Shown here piece by piece: positions 13,344 through 27,086 of a stretch of 64,000 nt of DNA (the first letter of the stretch is position 1; each line of letters begins with the position of its first letter). The translations under genes and the position numbers were made by a program. The stretch is from the NCBI GenBank assembly GCA_964016885.1, contig OZ024741.1:322524001-322588000 (forward strand), in the 5' to 3' direction. The notes under the pieces were generated by a model that was not told where the DNA came from, ran no database searches, and was given only the letters and a program-made list of their open reading frames with translations. Source of the stretch: Eledone cirrhosa (Eukaryota).

Positions 13344-14470
13344 TAGCCGAATTACCCGCGCCTTGCTGCGTTTCACACATTTTTTTTGTCAGAAAATGAT
13401 GATTGATTTTAAATCAGTGATATAATTTATAGAGAAAAACTCTGCATTTCAATATTACTCAATGTAAACTGAAATGCATGAAAAATTGGAAAACATTATT
13501 TTTTGTAATATATCAAATCAAAATTACATTATTAAATCTTATTCTTGTAAATAATTATTTTCAAAATATCAATTCAAAACTTTTGTGAATAGGTATCATA
13601 TCTTGTCATTTACCTATGGTTTAAATTTCATATAAATCGAAGGGAAAACATTTTCAGCGGGGGTTTTGTGCTTCCGGGGAACCCTTTAATTAAAATGAAA
13701 TATACTTATCCAAGTACCCTGGGCAATGTAGTTTCAGAATATATATGGTTATGGGGGTTTATCTCCAAAACCATGGGAGGAGTTCGTGAGATCTTGTTCC
13801 ATTTATTGGCCAATATTTTCACTATAGGGATTTAACCCTCATTAGGGTGTCTTAATATTATTGAAATTTGCTGAAATTTTGTGAAAAGGCATCATATCTT
13901 GTCATTTACCTATGGTTTAAATTTCAAATAAATCGAAGGGAAAACATTTTCAGTGGGGGTTTGAGCCCCCGGGGAACCCTTTGATTAAAATATGAAATAT
14001 ACTTATCCAAGTACCCTAGGCAATGTCGTTTCAGAATATATATGGTTATGGGGGTCTATCTTCAAAACCATAGGAGTTCGTGAAGTCTTGTTCCATTTAT
14101 TGGCCAAAATTTTCACTAAATTTTCACTAAACTTTTCACTAGATTTTCATTAAATTTTCACCCATTAGGGTGTCGTAATATTATTGAAATTTGCTGAAAT
14201 TCTGTGAATAGGCATCATATCTTGTCATTTACCTATGGTTTTAATTTCATATAAATCGAAGGGAAAACATTTTCAGCGGGGGTTTTCAGCGGGCGTTTGA
14301 GTCCCCGGGGAACCCTTTGATTAAAATGAAATATACGTACGAAATCAAATGGGAATGAGCCCCACACACATGTTAAGTTTCATCAAGATCGGTTTGGTAG
14401 TTTTTGAGTTTTAGGTTCACAAACAAACCCACAAACAAACACACACACAAACAGACAGAAATTGCCATTT
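13343..14470 (+). mobile_element. Non-autonomous Helitron/Helentron-associated (HINE/Lep1-like) element with internal ~300-bp tandem repeats
   Basis: 5' ACTAGCCGAATTACCCGCGCC; unit GTGAATAGG(T/C)ATCATATCTTGTCATTTACCTATGG at 13585, 13881 and 14204; 3' (ACAA/ACAG)n then TA tract. Confidence 0.65.
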
Positions 14471-14481
14471 ATGTGTATATG

Positions 14482-14548
<67 letters not shown>

Positions 14549-14904
14549 TTATTAAAATAACACCTAAACGTGGTTCTGTCTTTGCGCATAATTGTTTTTC
14601 ACCGCTCCTTTTAATGACGTATTATTCGTTTTTTCCCGTTCTTTGCCAGCGAACGTTTCCACGAACCAAAGTATCGTCTTCCTGTCTTCCTCCGGTTGCA
14701 ACGTTTTTTGAAATATCCAGTTCTGCGTTTACAGATTGACTTTGTTAGTTTCAGAAGATCCCGTTAAGGGTGAAAGCAGCGATTCTTTGCTTAAACTTTA
14801 ATCTGTTATTTTAATAAATATTTACTCTACGGTTCTTATATATTTGATATATATTTATCCTTATCGAGCCCTCTTTGGATTTTAGTCTTCAATTTTATTA
14901 TTAT

Positions 14905-14971
<67 letters not shown>

Positions 14972-15081
14972 TATATATAAATATATATATATATATAACG
15001 AAGGAAATGTGGTAAGGAACCAGGTGGACCATAACGCACCAAAGTACTCAATACTTAGGGTAGAAGAGTGGGTAATAGAAA

Positions 15082-15179
15082 CGAGTAGGACCCCGACGGC
15101 TGAGCTCAAGCCGTTTCGACGGCTAATTCTGGACTCAAGTCGAAACGGCTTGAGCTCAGCCGTCGGGGTCCTACTCGTT

Positions 15180-15180
<1 letters not shown>
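15082..15180. repeat. Short hairpin cassette carrying the 3' half of a hammerhead-like fold
   Basis: ACGAGTAGGACCCCGACGGCTGAGCTCAAGCCGTTTCGAC and its revcomp; GAAAC-GGCT..AGCC-GTC-GGGGTC; related copy at 46830-46970. Confidence 0.6.
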
Positions 15181-15227
<47 letters not shown>

Positions 15228-15264
15228 AGGAGGAATGGTTACTCCTTCGTTATGTTTATTGGTT

Positions 15265-15348
15265 GGTGACGCGCGTTTCGCTTTTGATCAGCTCAAGGTT
15301 CGATCTGTATAATCTAGCCCGACTCTGTAATCAATAGCTCGTCGGACC
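15265..15348 (-). ncRNA. Type I hammerhead motif (CCGACGA core variant)
   Basis: Minus strand GGT-CCGACGA-GCT..AGC-GAAAC-gcgc-GTC-ACC. Confidence 0.6.
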
Positions 15349-16221
15349 TATGTGGTAGTAATGGCATAGGAAAAAGTCTAACGTTAATACGTTGGTTAGT
15401 AAAAGTTGTTTTGATTGGTGGATTAATTACGAGGAATGTTTTCGCCTGGATATATATTTCTATACAGTGCACTCCCGGCATTCGCGGTCCCCGTTATTCA
15501 CGGAAATTTCCTTAGAACGTATCTAATAATTGTTCGTGGAATCGTAAATATCTTCTGCGATTTTTTATGTCTTTTTCGTGGCAATATATATTTTTAACGC
15601 TAAATTACAATATACCGTATTTGCCGGCCTATTGGACGCGTCTTTTTTATTATTATACTAGCAGAATGGCCCGGCGTTGCTCGGGATTTGCTCTAGGGTT
15701 CTTATATATTTATCCTTATCGAGCCTTGTGAAATAAATACGTTTGTTTATATTTTGTTATTGTGTATGCAAAAATATCTGTACACGAATATCTATATTAA
15801 AATAACAGATTAAAGTTTAAGCGGGATCTTCTGAAACTAAAAAAATCAATCTGTGAACGCAGAAGTAAATATTTCGAAAAACGTTACACACTATATATAT
15901 ATATATATATACATATATACACACACACAACTACATCATAATGTCGTAATGCAGACAGCCAGACATACAGGCAGATATTATAAGGGCGCAGCGTTATATC
16001 TATGTATCTATCTAAAAAGAGAAAGACTAAGAGTTATAGAGAGAGATCGCTAAATCACCTAATGCAGTCCGTAGGGCATTGAAAATTTGAAATCTGCATA
16101 TTAGCAGATCTGACTGATTAGCCAGTCTGCTAATATGCAAATCAGGCCGATCAGTCACTGTGTATTTTGGAAAATAGCATATATTTACACTAGCTCTGAC
16201 AGTTTGGCAGGTGAACAGTGA

Positions 16222-16267
16222 GCTGTACTGATGAAGGGTGATACCCAGAAACATTAGTGTCTGTAGT
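16222..16267 (+). ncRNA. Minimal type I hammerhead ribozyme motif
   Basis: CTGTA-CTGATGA-aGGGTgatACCCa-GAAAC-attagt-GTC-TGTAG; the downstream pLTR-like sequence 16270-16432 recurs as a hairpin at 42417-42692. Confidence 0.7.
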
Positions 16268-16431
16268 TCTGTTCACATGCCAACACAAGAGCAAGAATGA
16301 AGGGCTCATTCTACTGACATGGCTATAAAATTGAGGCTTGTTTGCATAATTGCAAACAAATCGAATGTTATTATTAATATTCGAAAAACTTAGATTACAT
16401 TTATTGTATTCAGCCATGTAGAGCGAAATTT

Positions 16432-16476
<45 letters not shown>

Positions 16477-16614
16477 TGTAATAAACAATATAAGGCAATT
16501 ATTTCATTTACCAGTGGTTTCTTAAAAGCAAAAAAATACATATACATATATATATATACGTTATATATATATATATATATATATACGTTATATATATATA
16601 TATATATATATACG

Positions 16615-16639
<25 letters not shown>

Positions 16640-16657
<18 letters not shown>

Positions 16658-16804
16658 CATGTGTGTAAGTGTGTATCGATATTTGCCTTTCCTTTGGACA
16701 TAATCGTTGGCGTGAAGAGGAGAGGCTGGCATGCATGGCTGTCTGCTGTTCTTCTACGATCTTTCTTGGTGCAAAACCCATGGTCATACATAATTGAAAG
16801 GAGT

Positions 16805-16873
<69 letters not shown>

Positions 16874-17281
16874 AAGTATTTCCGAAGAAAAAAGCAAAGG
16901 AAGAAAGAGTGTTCTATGAAAAATACAGAGCTATTTAATTTCTAAATAAATAATATATATATATATATTTATGTGTGTGCGTGTGTGTGTGTGTATAAAT
17001 ATATATATATATATTATTTATTTAGAAATTATCGGTAGAGGGTCAGACGCCATGCTTTGCAGCAAAGAGTTACGTCCCTTTATGGTCTGAGTTCAAATCC
17101 TGCCAAGGTTAACTTTGCCTTTCATCCTTACGGGGTCGATAAAATAAAGTACCAGTAATACACTGGGATAATTGCTGGCCTTGTGCCAAAAGTAGAAACA
17201 ATTATTTATTTAGAAATTAAATAGCTCTGTATTTTTCATAGAACACTCTTTCTTCCTTTGCTTTTTTCTTCGGAAATACTT

Positions 17282-17316
<35 letters not shown>

Positions 17317-17463
17317 ACTCCTTTCAATTATGTATGACCATGGGTTTTGCACCAAGAAAGATCGTAGAAGAACAGCAGACAGCCATGCATGCCAGCCTCT
17401 CCTCTTCACGCCAACGATTATGTCCAAAGGAAAGGCAAATATCGATACACACTTACACACATG

Positions 17464-17480
<17 letters not shown>
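16640..17480. repeat. Inverted duplication (~300-bp arms including TA tracts) flanking a SINE
   Basis: 16655-16960 is the revcomp of about 17203-17470; identical spurious peptides appear in the ORF track. Confidence 0.85.
17031..17205 (+). mobile_element. Main-family SINE, slightly 5'-truncated, with TSD
   Basis: B box GTTCAAATCC and core; TTATTTAGAAATT(A) duplicated on both sides. Confidence 0.85.
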
Positions 17481-17526
<46 letters not shown>

Positions 17527-17565
17527 CGTATATATATATATATATATAACGTATATATATATAAC

Positions 17566-17617
<52 letters not shown>

Positions 17618-17618
17618 C

Positions 17619-17660
<42 letters not shown>

Positions 17661-17661
17661 C

Positions 17662-17723
<62 letters not shown>

Positions 17724-18184
17724 GTATACTTGCACGCAGGGCCTATGAGAGGGGGATCCAGCCGGTACTTTGTGCCGAGGCCCAAGAGCTAAGAAGGCCT
17801 CACAGCAACTATGCAACATCCATTTTGAGAAAAAATCTTTTCCTGCTTCGTGCCCCAAAGGGGTCTTGTACCGCCTTTCAAAATTTCTCTTGAAGGCCCT
17901 GCCTGCATATATAATAGGAATATCTGTATGATCCCATTTGTAAGAGAGTATATATGTATATAAATATTTTACGAATGTAAATGCTACATTTATTTTTATC
18001 GGCAAACGTTTAAATATATACATATACATATATATGAAGAAATCCGTAGGAACACACGTGTGGGGGAGAGAGTATGTATATAAATATATACACATGCGTG
18101 TGGTGTGCCTCTGTGGATAAGCATGTACGTATATATATATATATATATACACACACATATACATACATGCACACACACACACAA

Positions 18185-18250
<66 letters not shown>

Positions 18251-18334
18251 CGTGTGGTATGCCTCTGTGGATAAGCATGTACGTATATGTACACACACAC
18301 ATACAAACACACATATATATACATATTTATATAT

Positions 18335-18368
<34 letters not shown>

Positions 18369-18637
18369 TATATATATGTGTGTGTGTATGTATATAAATA
18401 TATATATATATACACACACACATATATATATGTGTGTGTGTATATATATGTGTGTGGTATCAACGTGACTGACATGAAATGTACATTACCTGGTTCAACT
18501 CAGAAACAGTCTTTTTGTGATACAGTTTTGGAACATAACCAAACTGCACTCTTAAACCTTGGCATCTGAGTATCTTTAGAAAAAGCACATACAACCACAC
18601 ACACACACACACACACACACATTCATACACACACTGA

Positions 18638-18681
<44 letters not shown>

Positions 18682-18744
18682 GTTTAATAAATGAACAGAG
18701 AACAAAAAACAGAGAGGCAGTACAAATGATATTAGTATTAGTTT

Positions 18745-18806
<62 letters not shown>

Positions 18807-18811
18807 TACAT

Positions 18812-18850
<39 letters not shown>

Positions 18851-20562
18851 TACACACATATATATATATATTTATATGTGTGTGTGTTGATTTTATAATG
18901 TATTTTTCCTTTATATACATTACACACACATACATACGCACTTACATAGAAATATGCATAATACATTCGTACATAAAAAAGACACACACAGTCATATACA
19001 TACATACATACATACATACATACATACATACATACATACATACATACATACATACATACATACACATATACATACGCACATACATGTATACACGCATACA
19101 TACATAAATACATACAGACATACATGCACACATGTACATACATATATACATACTCATACACACATACATAACTACACACATACATACATAAATACATAGA
19201 TACATACATATATACGTACATACATACATATATACATACATACACATATACCTACATACATACATACATACACACTTTAATACCCATAGGAGAGCGGATT
19301 AAAGAAGACCTCAGCGAGTGTCTCGGACGTGTTTAAAATGTGAACTGGTAAACAGAGCATTTATTCTACTCTAACAGGTAAATACTATTAACATATATAT
19401 TTATTTACAATATCATACCACTCAACTCTTCCCGCCCAACGGGGAGATCTTCCATCCACTTTGGGGTGGGTGAGAGATTTATTCTCTTGTGAAAATGGGT
19501 ATAGCTTTCATTATGTAAAATCTCCCCATTTTGCCTTATTTCTCCCCGTTTTCGGGAACTTTTTTTCATGGTACTCCCCGTTTGTGCTTTTAGAGTTTGG
19601 CAGGTCTGCAATATCATAATGTGTTTTACATTTTGACTCAAGGCCAACAGTTTAGAAGGAAGGGGGACTTGATTATATCGACCTCTGTACTTGATTAGTA
19701 CGCTATTTTATCCATCATGAATGGATGAAAGGCAAAGTTGACCTAACAGGATTTGAACTCAGGACATAAATGGTTATAATTAAATGCCTCTAAGTATTTT
19801 GTCCGACGCTCCACCGTTTCTGATAACCCATTTACAACAATATCATCATGGCAAAATAAAATAAAAAGTGTAGAAAGAAAAAATGGGGGAGACATGGGGA
19901 GAGGATGACCCCCACACTCATAGTTCAACTCATGCGTCCCACCAACTTGATGGTGAAGCGGAAAATAGCCAGCAAGACCCGTTGTATCAACCGCTCCACC
20001 ACGCGTGGCAACTTTGTTGGGAGCGGGATGCTCTCATCTAAGTTTGACGGAGTCAAATAGGCAGTCCATGGATCGAAGACACTAAAGTAACGGTCGCCAA
20101 CCTTTCGGACTTCACGGACCACGAAATTCATTATTTTAAATCTCGCGGACCATTAATCTGAATTAATGGTCAATGGTCGAAACAATAGTGAAGAGTACGT
20201 GTGTGACATATTGTCGATAGATGATACATATGTGTAAAATTCTTTCATGGATGTTAGTTCTTTACTGAGGAGAAACATTTTAGGGGACTAACGGAGAAAT
20301 AAAGGAAGCGGTCTGTCAACACCTGGTATTTAGTTATCTTCCGATTCTTCGCTCGGGCTTGTGGTCGTGGGCGATGAGATTGGCACAGAAGATAAATGAT
20401 ATTATCTTAAATACATCTCCGCCTTCACTTATTGGGTTTTGGTAAATTTAATAATTGTTTCTACTTTAGGCACAAGGCCAGCAATTAACCAATGCATTAC
20501 TGGTACTTTATTTTATCGACCCCGTAAGGATGAAAGGCAAAGTCAACATGGTTTTATTATAG

Positions 20563-21473
20563 AAAAAACACGCCTCTCGATTTCAGTTAGAAATAATTTT
20601 TTTCCTTTTTTTTTTTCGTGTACTATCAACCAATCTAACCCCGGAACATGCCGCAAAGAACTTTTTTCCTCGAAAACTTGAGGGGACAGGGACTCATATC
20701 CCCCCCCCCCCACCATACTCGGAGTTTTCTTTACCATTTAAAAAAGTGTTTCGTGTATTATATTATACGTTTATTAGTTTACCGTACCTCACGGACCTAA
20801 CCTTAAAACTAACTCTAAATCTAACCGTAACCCAAACCATAAAACTAACCCTAAATCTAACTCTAACCCTAACTCGAAATCTAAACTTTATCCTGGAAAA
20901 AAGTCTATTGCAAGCATCAAAGAGGTCCAGAAAAAAATCGAGAGATGTGTCGATCTGCGAAATTCCGATGGTATTTTCGCCCCCTTCCACCCCGTTTTTC
21001 TACAAATCTAATCGGTTCCGACTGGTTTGAAGGTATTATTCGTTAATAACACGCGAATCTCCGTTTTCAGCATCTTGGAGGTTAGTTTAGTTGATAGCTC
21101 ACGAAAAAAAAAAAAAAGATACGAGGAAAAAATGTTTTCCCCACTGAAATCAAGTAAGGTGTTCAATACTAAAATATTTCTTACCAAACGGAGTAGATCT
21201 GCAAAACTCCGAGGGTCTTTCCTCCTTTTTCTACAGCGCTAGTCGTTTTCGACTGGTTCGTGGGTCAGATTCGTTAATATATAAAAAAAAAATGGTAAAG
21301 AAAACACCGATAGTGGGGGAAAGTTCAATCCCCGCCCCCACACTTCACACTCCGCTTCCCGAGTACAAAGTCAATTGCGGCATGTTCAGAGGTCCAATAA
21401 GTTGATAGCACACGGGAAAAAAAAAGAGGAAAAATTGTTATTTCACATTGAGATAGAGAGGGGTGTTTTTTTT
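20563..21473. mobile_element. Foldback MITE with ~180-bp diverged TIRs and internal degenerate CCCTAA-like hexamer array (20795-20890)
   Basis: 20563-20745 is approximately the revcomp of 21281-21473; internal CTAACC/CTAAAT hexamers. Confidence 0.65.
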
Positions 21474-21477
21474 AATA

Positions 21478-22785
21478 ATAATTGTTTCTACTTTTGGCAC
21501 AAGACCAGCAATTACCCAGTACATTACTGGTACTTTATTTTATCGACCCCGTAAGGATGAAAGGCAAAGTCAACCTCGGCGAGATTTGAACTCAGATCGT
21601 AAAGGCACATAACTATGCTGGAAAGCATGGCGTCCGACCCTCTACCGATACTGCCAATCCACCGCCTTTTTTTTATAATAATGGTTTCTTATATTGGCAC
21701 AAGGCCAGTAATTTGGGGGGAGGGGAAAGTCGATTAAATCGACCCCAGTGCGTGACTGGTACTTTATTTTATCGACCCCATAAGGATGAAAGGCAAAGTT
21801 AACCTCGGCGGGATTTGAGCTCAGATCATAAAGAGCCGTAACTCTATGCGTCAAAGCATGGCGTCCGACCCTCTACCGATACTGCCAATCCACCGCCTAT
21901 AATAATTGTTTCTACATTTGGCACAAGGCCAGCAATAACCCAGTGCATTACTGGTACTTTATTTTATCGACCCCGTAAAGATGAAAGACAAAGCTAACCT
22001 CGGCGGGAATTAAACGCAGAACGCAAAGGGTCGCAACTCTATGTTGCACAGCATGTTGTCCGGCGGGCGATATCCAATTTTAGTGGACTAAATGCCGCTT
22101 ACTTGCTGTAGTTGCTGCTTACTTCAATGTATGAGGCTATTCCAACAAATTTACATTCCCTTTTTTTTAGCCGTTAAAAGAAATATAGATTTATTTATTG
22201 TTGTTTTTTTTTGCGATTTATTTGCCACTGGGGCATAGATTTCGTTTTTGTTTGTTTGTTTGTTTGTTTTTTTGCGATTTATTTGCCACTAGAGCATTAG
22301 GCGGGTAGCGAAAGTAGCAATAATGGCCCGTGTAAGTGGGCCATCTCTCTATATCGGCTTGTACAGGTAAGAGAAGGGAGCACCCCCCTCTCTCTTTGCT
22401 CCCTGGCAGAAAGGTCGCACACTTTCTACGGGGGTGTGTGTGACCCCAAAAGGCTGCCTCTCTATTGAGGACTTAATTTTTTATATTCCTTTTTAATCAC
22501 TCGTTAAATGTTTGTACTTGATTTTTGTAAAAAATTCCCCCGCCTAATGCTCTAGTGGCAAATAAATCGCAAACAAACAAACAAACAAAAACGTGGCAAA
22601 TAAATCGCAAAAAAACAATAAATAAATCTATATTTCTTTTAACGGCTAAAAAAAAGGGAATGTAAATTTGTTGGAATAGCCTCATACATTGAAGTAAGCA
22701 GCAACTACAGCAAGTAAGCGGCATTTAGTTCACTAAAATTGGATATCGCCGTCCGGCGCTTTACCGATACTGCCAATCCACCGTC
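21478..22785 (-). mobile_element. Three head-to-tail main-family SINEs (21478-21667, 21678-21898, 21899-22785); the third is interrupted by a Merlin-like MITE
   Basis: Repeated core GGTACTTTATTTTATCGACCCC(G/A)TAAGGATGAAAGGCAAAG; the third copy resumes at 22751. Confidence 0.85.
22066..22750. mobile_element. Merlin-like non-autonomous DNA transposon
   Basis: Termini GGCGATATCC..GGATATCGCC, TIRs over 200 bp, exact 8-bp TSD GTCCGGCG (22058-22065 and 22751-22758); GG termini with an 8-bp TSD fit Merlin. Confidence 0.8.
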
Positions 22786-22912
22786 CGTTCCATGGGATTG
22801 TTGTCTCGTGGAATGAAATGGGACCCGATCGGTTATGACCACGAGAGTGCCAGCACTTCAATCAACCCAACAGCCTGCAAGTAGCTGAGTATTCCACACA
22901 CACATCTGTATA

Positions 22913-23858
22913 ATAATAATAATGATGAAATTATTGTGTACAGTGCTCAGGTGCACTACAACTCATCAAAGGTGCATGTATAGTACATAGAATAATATAC
23001 AAATGTCAGGGAAGTGAATAGTGTATGAGTCATGATCTACATGTGTGTATGGAGGGGGAATATTAGGTGTAGTGTTGGCGAATCTCAGGAAGCATGGAGG
23101 TTTTAAAGGATGCAGTGTCTCGACAGCTAATAACTGATGAAGGTAGTTTGTTCCATGCTCCAGCAATTCTGAGCGTGAAAAAATGTTTCCGAAAGTCATG
23201 GGAGCTGTGCTGTTTTCTGACTTTGTAGGCATGCCCTCGTGTGTCAGACACATGGAAATCAAAAAGGTACTCAGGGTTGTTGTTGGCAAGATGGTTAATA
23301 ATTGTGTGGGTGTTTTCCAAGTCAGTTGCCAGACGTTGGAGCTTCAATGTATCCATGCCGAGGGAAACAAGGCGTTCAGAGTATGGTAGATGCCTGATGG
23401 AGAGTATTCGCTTGGTTGCACGTCTCTGAACAGTTTCCAGGCGGTCAATGTTCTGAGCAAGATAGGGGTTCCAGACTGGTGATGCAAATTCTAAGTGTGG
23501 CCGCACCATAGCTATATACAGCTTTAAATAGATAGCTGGAGAGTGACTGACAAAGGTCTTGCTGAGTGATGCTAAGACACCCTCGGTCTTCTTGATATTA
23601 GTGTTGTGGAGGGAGTATGTAGACGTTGGGTTTTTACTCTCAAAATGCATGGTGGTACACTTGTCCACAGTCAGCTTGAGTTGCCAGTCTGTGATCCATT
23701 GTTGCATTGTGTCCAGGTCAGATTGCAGGCAAGATCTATAGTGTTCAGGATCTGACCTTTTTATCTCAAGGTACAGCTTGATGTCATCTGCATATTTCAG
23801 TACTGTGGCATTCTTTAAGTTGGCATCTATATCATTAATATATACCACAAACAAAAGT
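22913..23858 (-). mobile_element. CR1/L2-group LINE 3' fragment (RT C-terminus)
   Basis: ORF 23063-23854 LFVVYIND..KYADDIKL..VRPHLEFASPVWNPY..RKHFFTLRIAGAWNKLP; short (ATT)n-type tail at about 22910-22935. Confidence 0.9.
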
Positions 23859-23991
23859 GTTCTTTAGATCTCGATTTGTTCCGATGACAAGTCTTCCAGT
23901 TATTCAATGAACGTAAAATTAGCGTGCAAGTGGCTGAGCATTCTGCAGACATGTGCACTCTTAACGTAATTCTCAAGGAGAACCATCGTTA

Positions 23992-24266
23992 GGGGCGACG
24001 TCCATGCTCAAATCGCACAACAAATTTCAGGGGGAGGGGGCACATAAGGCTAAATAAAATGGCACAATACGTTGGCTGTTGACAGGCGCGTGTTGAAGGT
24101 GAGTCAAAGTTCTTAATTTATGATTATACGCAAAACGTCACAATCTTTTCTCAAAACCCACCCACCCACCCACCCAAAATGTCACAATCTTTTCTCAAAA
24201 CCCACCCACCTACCCAAAACGTCATTTTGACGTTTTGCGTGACAATTTGAGTATGGACGTCACCCC
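23992..24266. mobile_element. PIF/Harbinger-type MITE inside an older SINE tail
   Basis: TIRs GGGGCGACGTCCATGCTCAAAT / ATTTGAGTATGGACGTCACCCC; 3-bp TTA duplication at 23989-23991 and 24267-24269. Confidence 0.75.
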
Positions 24267-24494
24267 TTACACAATGTGTGACAAGCCTAGCGTTTTCAAT
24301 GTATATGTACAATCCACGCGCCAGTCTTCCAAACAATTTCCGCATAGACAATTTCAATTAAAAAGTCTGGGTCAATTTCTGTGTTGTATCGAACCCTGAA
24401 CTTCGTGATTGCGAATCGAAATTCACTGTTCGGCCATGCTGCGTCCCTTTTTTATTGGTTTTTTTTTTCATAACTTCATTAATAATGATTTCCA

Positions 24495-24713
24495 GTATAG
24501 GCACATGGCCAGTAATTTTTTTTTTTGGGGGGGGGGGGGGGGGGCCTCGAGTAAATCGATCCCAGTGCATTACTGGTGGTTTATTTATCTACCCTGTAAA
24601 GATGAAAGGCAAAGTCAACCTCGGCGGGATTTGAACGCAGAGCGTAAAGGGCCGCAACTCTATGTCAAAAGCATGTTGTCCGGCGCTCTACCGATACTGC
24701 CAATCCACCGCCC
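24495..24713 (-). mobile_element. Main-family SINE (long-tail variant)
   Basis: Same head and core as the other copies, with a G-rich spacer in the tail. Confidence 0.8.
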
Positions 24714-24836
24714 TCATACCTTCATTAACAATGCATATTTCTTGCTTAAATACAGGTTAGTGTTTCACTTCCGAATTCGTTTCCTTCAAACATTTATTAT
24801 GAAATTTTGTAGAATACGAGGCATTATCCTATAAAC

Positions 24837-25514
24837 CAGGGCTGTGAAACACGCGAGTCGCACGCGGCCCGCAAACTACTTTCTATGGCACGTGGCAGAG
24901 CAAAGGAAAATGTGAAACAGAAAATTAGTCTCCCTACCTTTTGTACTAATTCACATAATCCCACTTACTATCATATGCGTATACATTTTGGTGAAATAAA
25001 TAAACAGCAGCCTATCAGCTGTATTGCAGATTACAGGGGTGGTGAAAGCATTTCTGAATTGGGGAGGCGCGGGGAGCAAATTCAGTCAATTTAGTTGTAG
25101 TGATTAGTTTGGCTCTTTGCACTCTAAAATGGCCAAACAATTCTATTTGAGTCCAAGCAGGTCATATTACATTTACAGCTTTCAATAATTATAATGTGAT
25201 TATAGCAAAATGATCTATGAAATCTGTCTCTGAATACACATACTAGCGATTGGCAAATAATGCTATTTTGAGAAAAAAGTTATATTACACTGTTATCAAA
25301 TATCAACCAAGATAAAAAAAAAACCTTTGATATGCGATAAACATAACATGTATATAAATTGTAGCGCATATACAAATAGATGTGTGTTTTGATAGTTTGG
25401 GGATTAGCTTTATAATTGGTGGAAATCACGCGCCTTTCCCATCTCAGTTTTGGCCTGCAGTGCCACTACTACTGACGTCATGGCCATTTTGAGTCCTTGA
25501 GTTTGAGAACCCTA
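24837..25514. mobile_element. hAT (Charlie-like) MITE
   Basis: CAGGGCTGTGAAAC..GCGGCCCGC / GAGTTTGAGAACCCTA termini; 8-bp near-TSD CTATAAAC / CTATAAAT. Confidence 0.7.
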
Positions 25515-26050
25515 CTATAAATGGGTATTGAAGTGAGAGTAAAATGACGAGAAGACGGAAGTGACGTAATGTAGTTGATGTTAAAAAACAAGAGTGTGTT
25601 AATTAAATAAACATTAATAAATGACAAAAGAAATAAGTGATAAATAAAACTCTAGATAACTTCAACGATAAAGTTCATAGATGCAAGAAATAAGTTTCGC
25701 CAACTGATGGATTCATATGAAAATATTTCAAGGGTACATATATATGATAACTGCCACTTATTTACAGAAGAGAGCTATCTCTTCAACATTGTGCTGAACG
25801 GCCATAAGCCGGCAAATGACACCTCAAACCTGGCTCGTTCCTGCGTACAGTTATAGAGATGTGACACACACGAGTCTCGGATAGTCCTGAACATAACTTC
25901 CTCATTATACATTCTCATGAGTCGCTTGAGTCGAGCAGGCCTTGTTGCAAAACCTTATCCGTGGTCCCGGCAAAGAAGATAGAGGACAGAGTTGGCGCTG
26001 GGATGTCCCTTTCCTTAACTCTATTGTATATACATACATACTTACGCAGG

Positions 26051-26093
<43 letters not shown>

Positions 26094-26168
26094 GTAGGTA
26101 CGTATGTGTATAAAAAAAATATATGTACGGAAGTATATATGCGTGTGTGTGTGTATGAATGTCCGCAC

Positions 26169-26217
<49 letters not shown>

Positions 26218-26653
26218 TTATATTGTTATTGTTGGTAGTTAATGAAAATGTAAAAGAAAGAAATGTATAATCTAGATAGCTGTGCCACTACGCTTGTCTT
26301 TGGGAGTTACTTCCCTTGAATCAATGCAAGGGAGACAGACAGTAGTATTTTCATTTGTCGATACACAAAACATGCAATTTTAATTCCTCTTAGCGCAGTA
26401 ACCTTAGAGCGACGGGTAACATACCTTACTCATTAACTGGTTTTAGACATTAGAATGCCGAGGTACTACACGGAAGGAATTTTTAGTTAATTTTATCGAC
26501 CAGTTTCTGTCTATCAGAATCCACTCAGGTTTTCTGATTTCAAACCCCCTCAAAGTCAACTTAGTCTTTCCTCATTCTGGGGTTGATGAAATGAAGTACT
26601 AGTAAAGTACTGGAGTTGATTTTAATCCGCTTTCCCCTCCTACTTGATACATT

Positions 26654-26702
<49 letters not shown>

Positions 26703-26706
<4 letters not shown>

Positions 26707-27008
26707 GATATTAACAAATGGAAACTATATTTATAAAACCATATTTATTTCATTATACATATTTCAAGGACACCAAGTTAAATTATGCTCTATATTATAT
26801 TTTATCTGAAGAAAGCACACCATAATTTAACTTGGTGTCCCTGAAATATGTATAATGAAATAAATATGGTTTTATAAATATAGTTTCCATTTGTTAATAT
26901 CGTATATTTACTCCAAATAATTGTCGAGTGCTTTATATCAGTTATAAAAATATTTGCTTGTTGTATCCCAACAATATAAATAGAATTTCTACATATATAT
27001 ATATATAT

Positions 27009-27086
<78 letters not shown>

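Noticed and set aside
17418-19265. Long ORFs rich in YI/CV/HT/YVCM
   Set aside because: Translations of (TA)n, (TG)n and (TATG)n microsatellites; the same applies to dozens of similar track entries.
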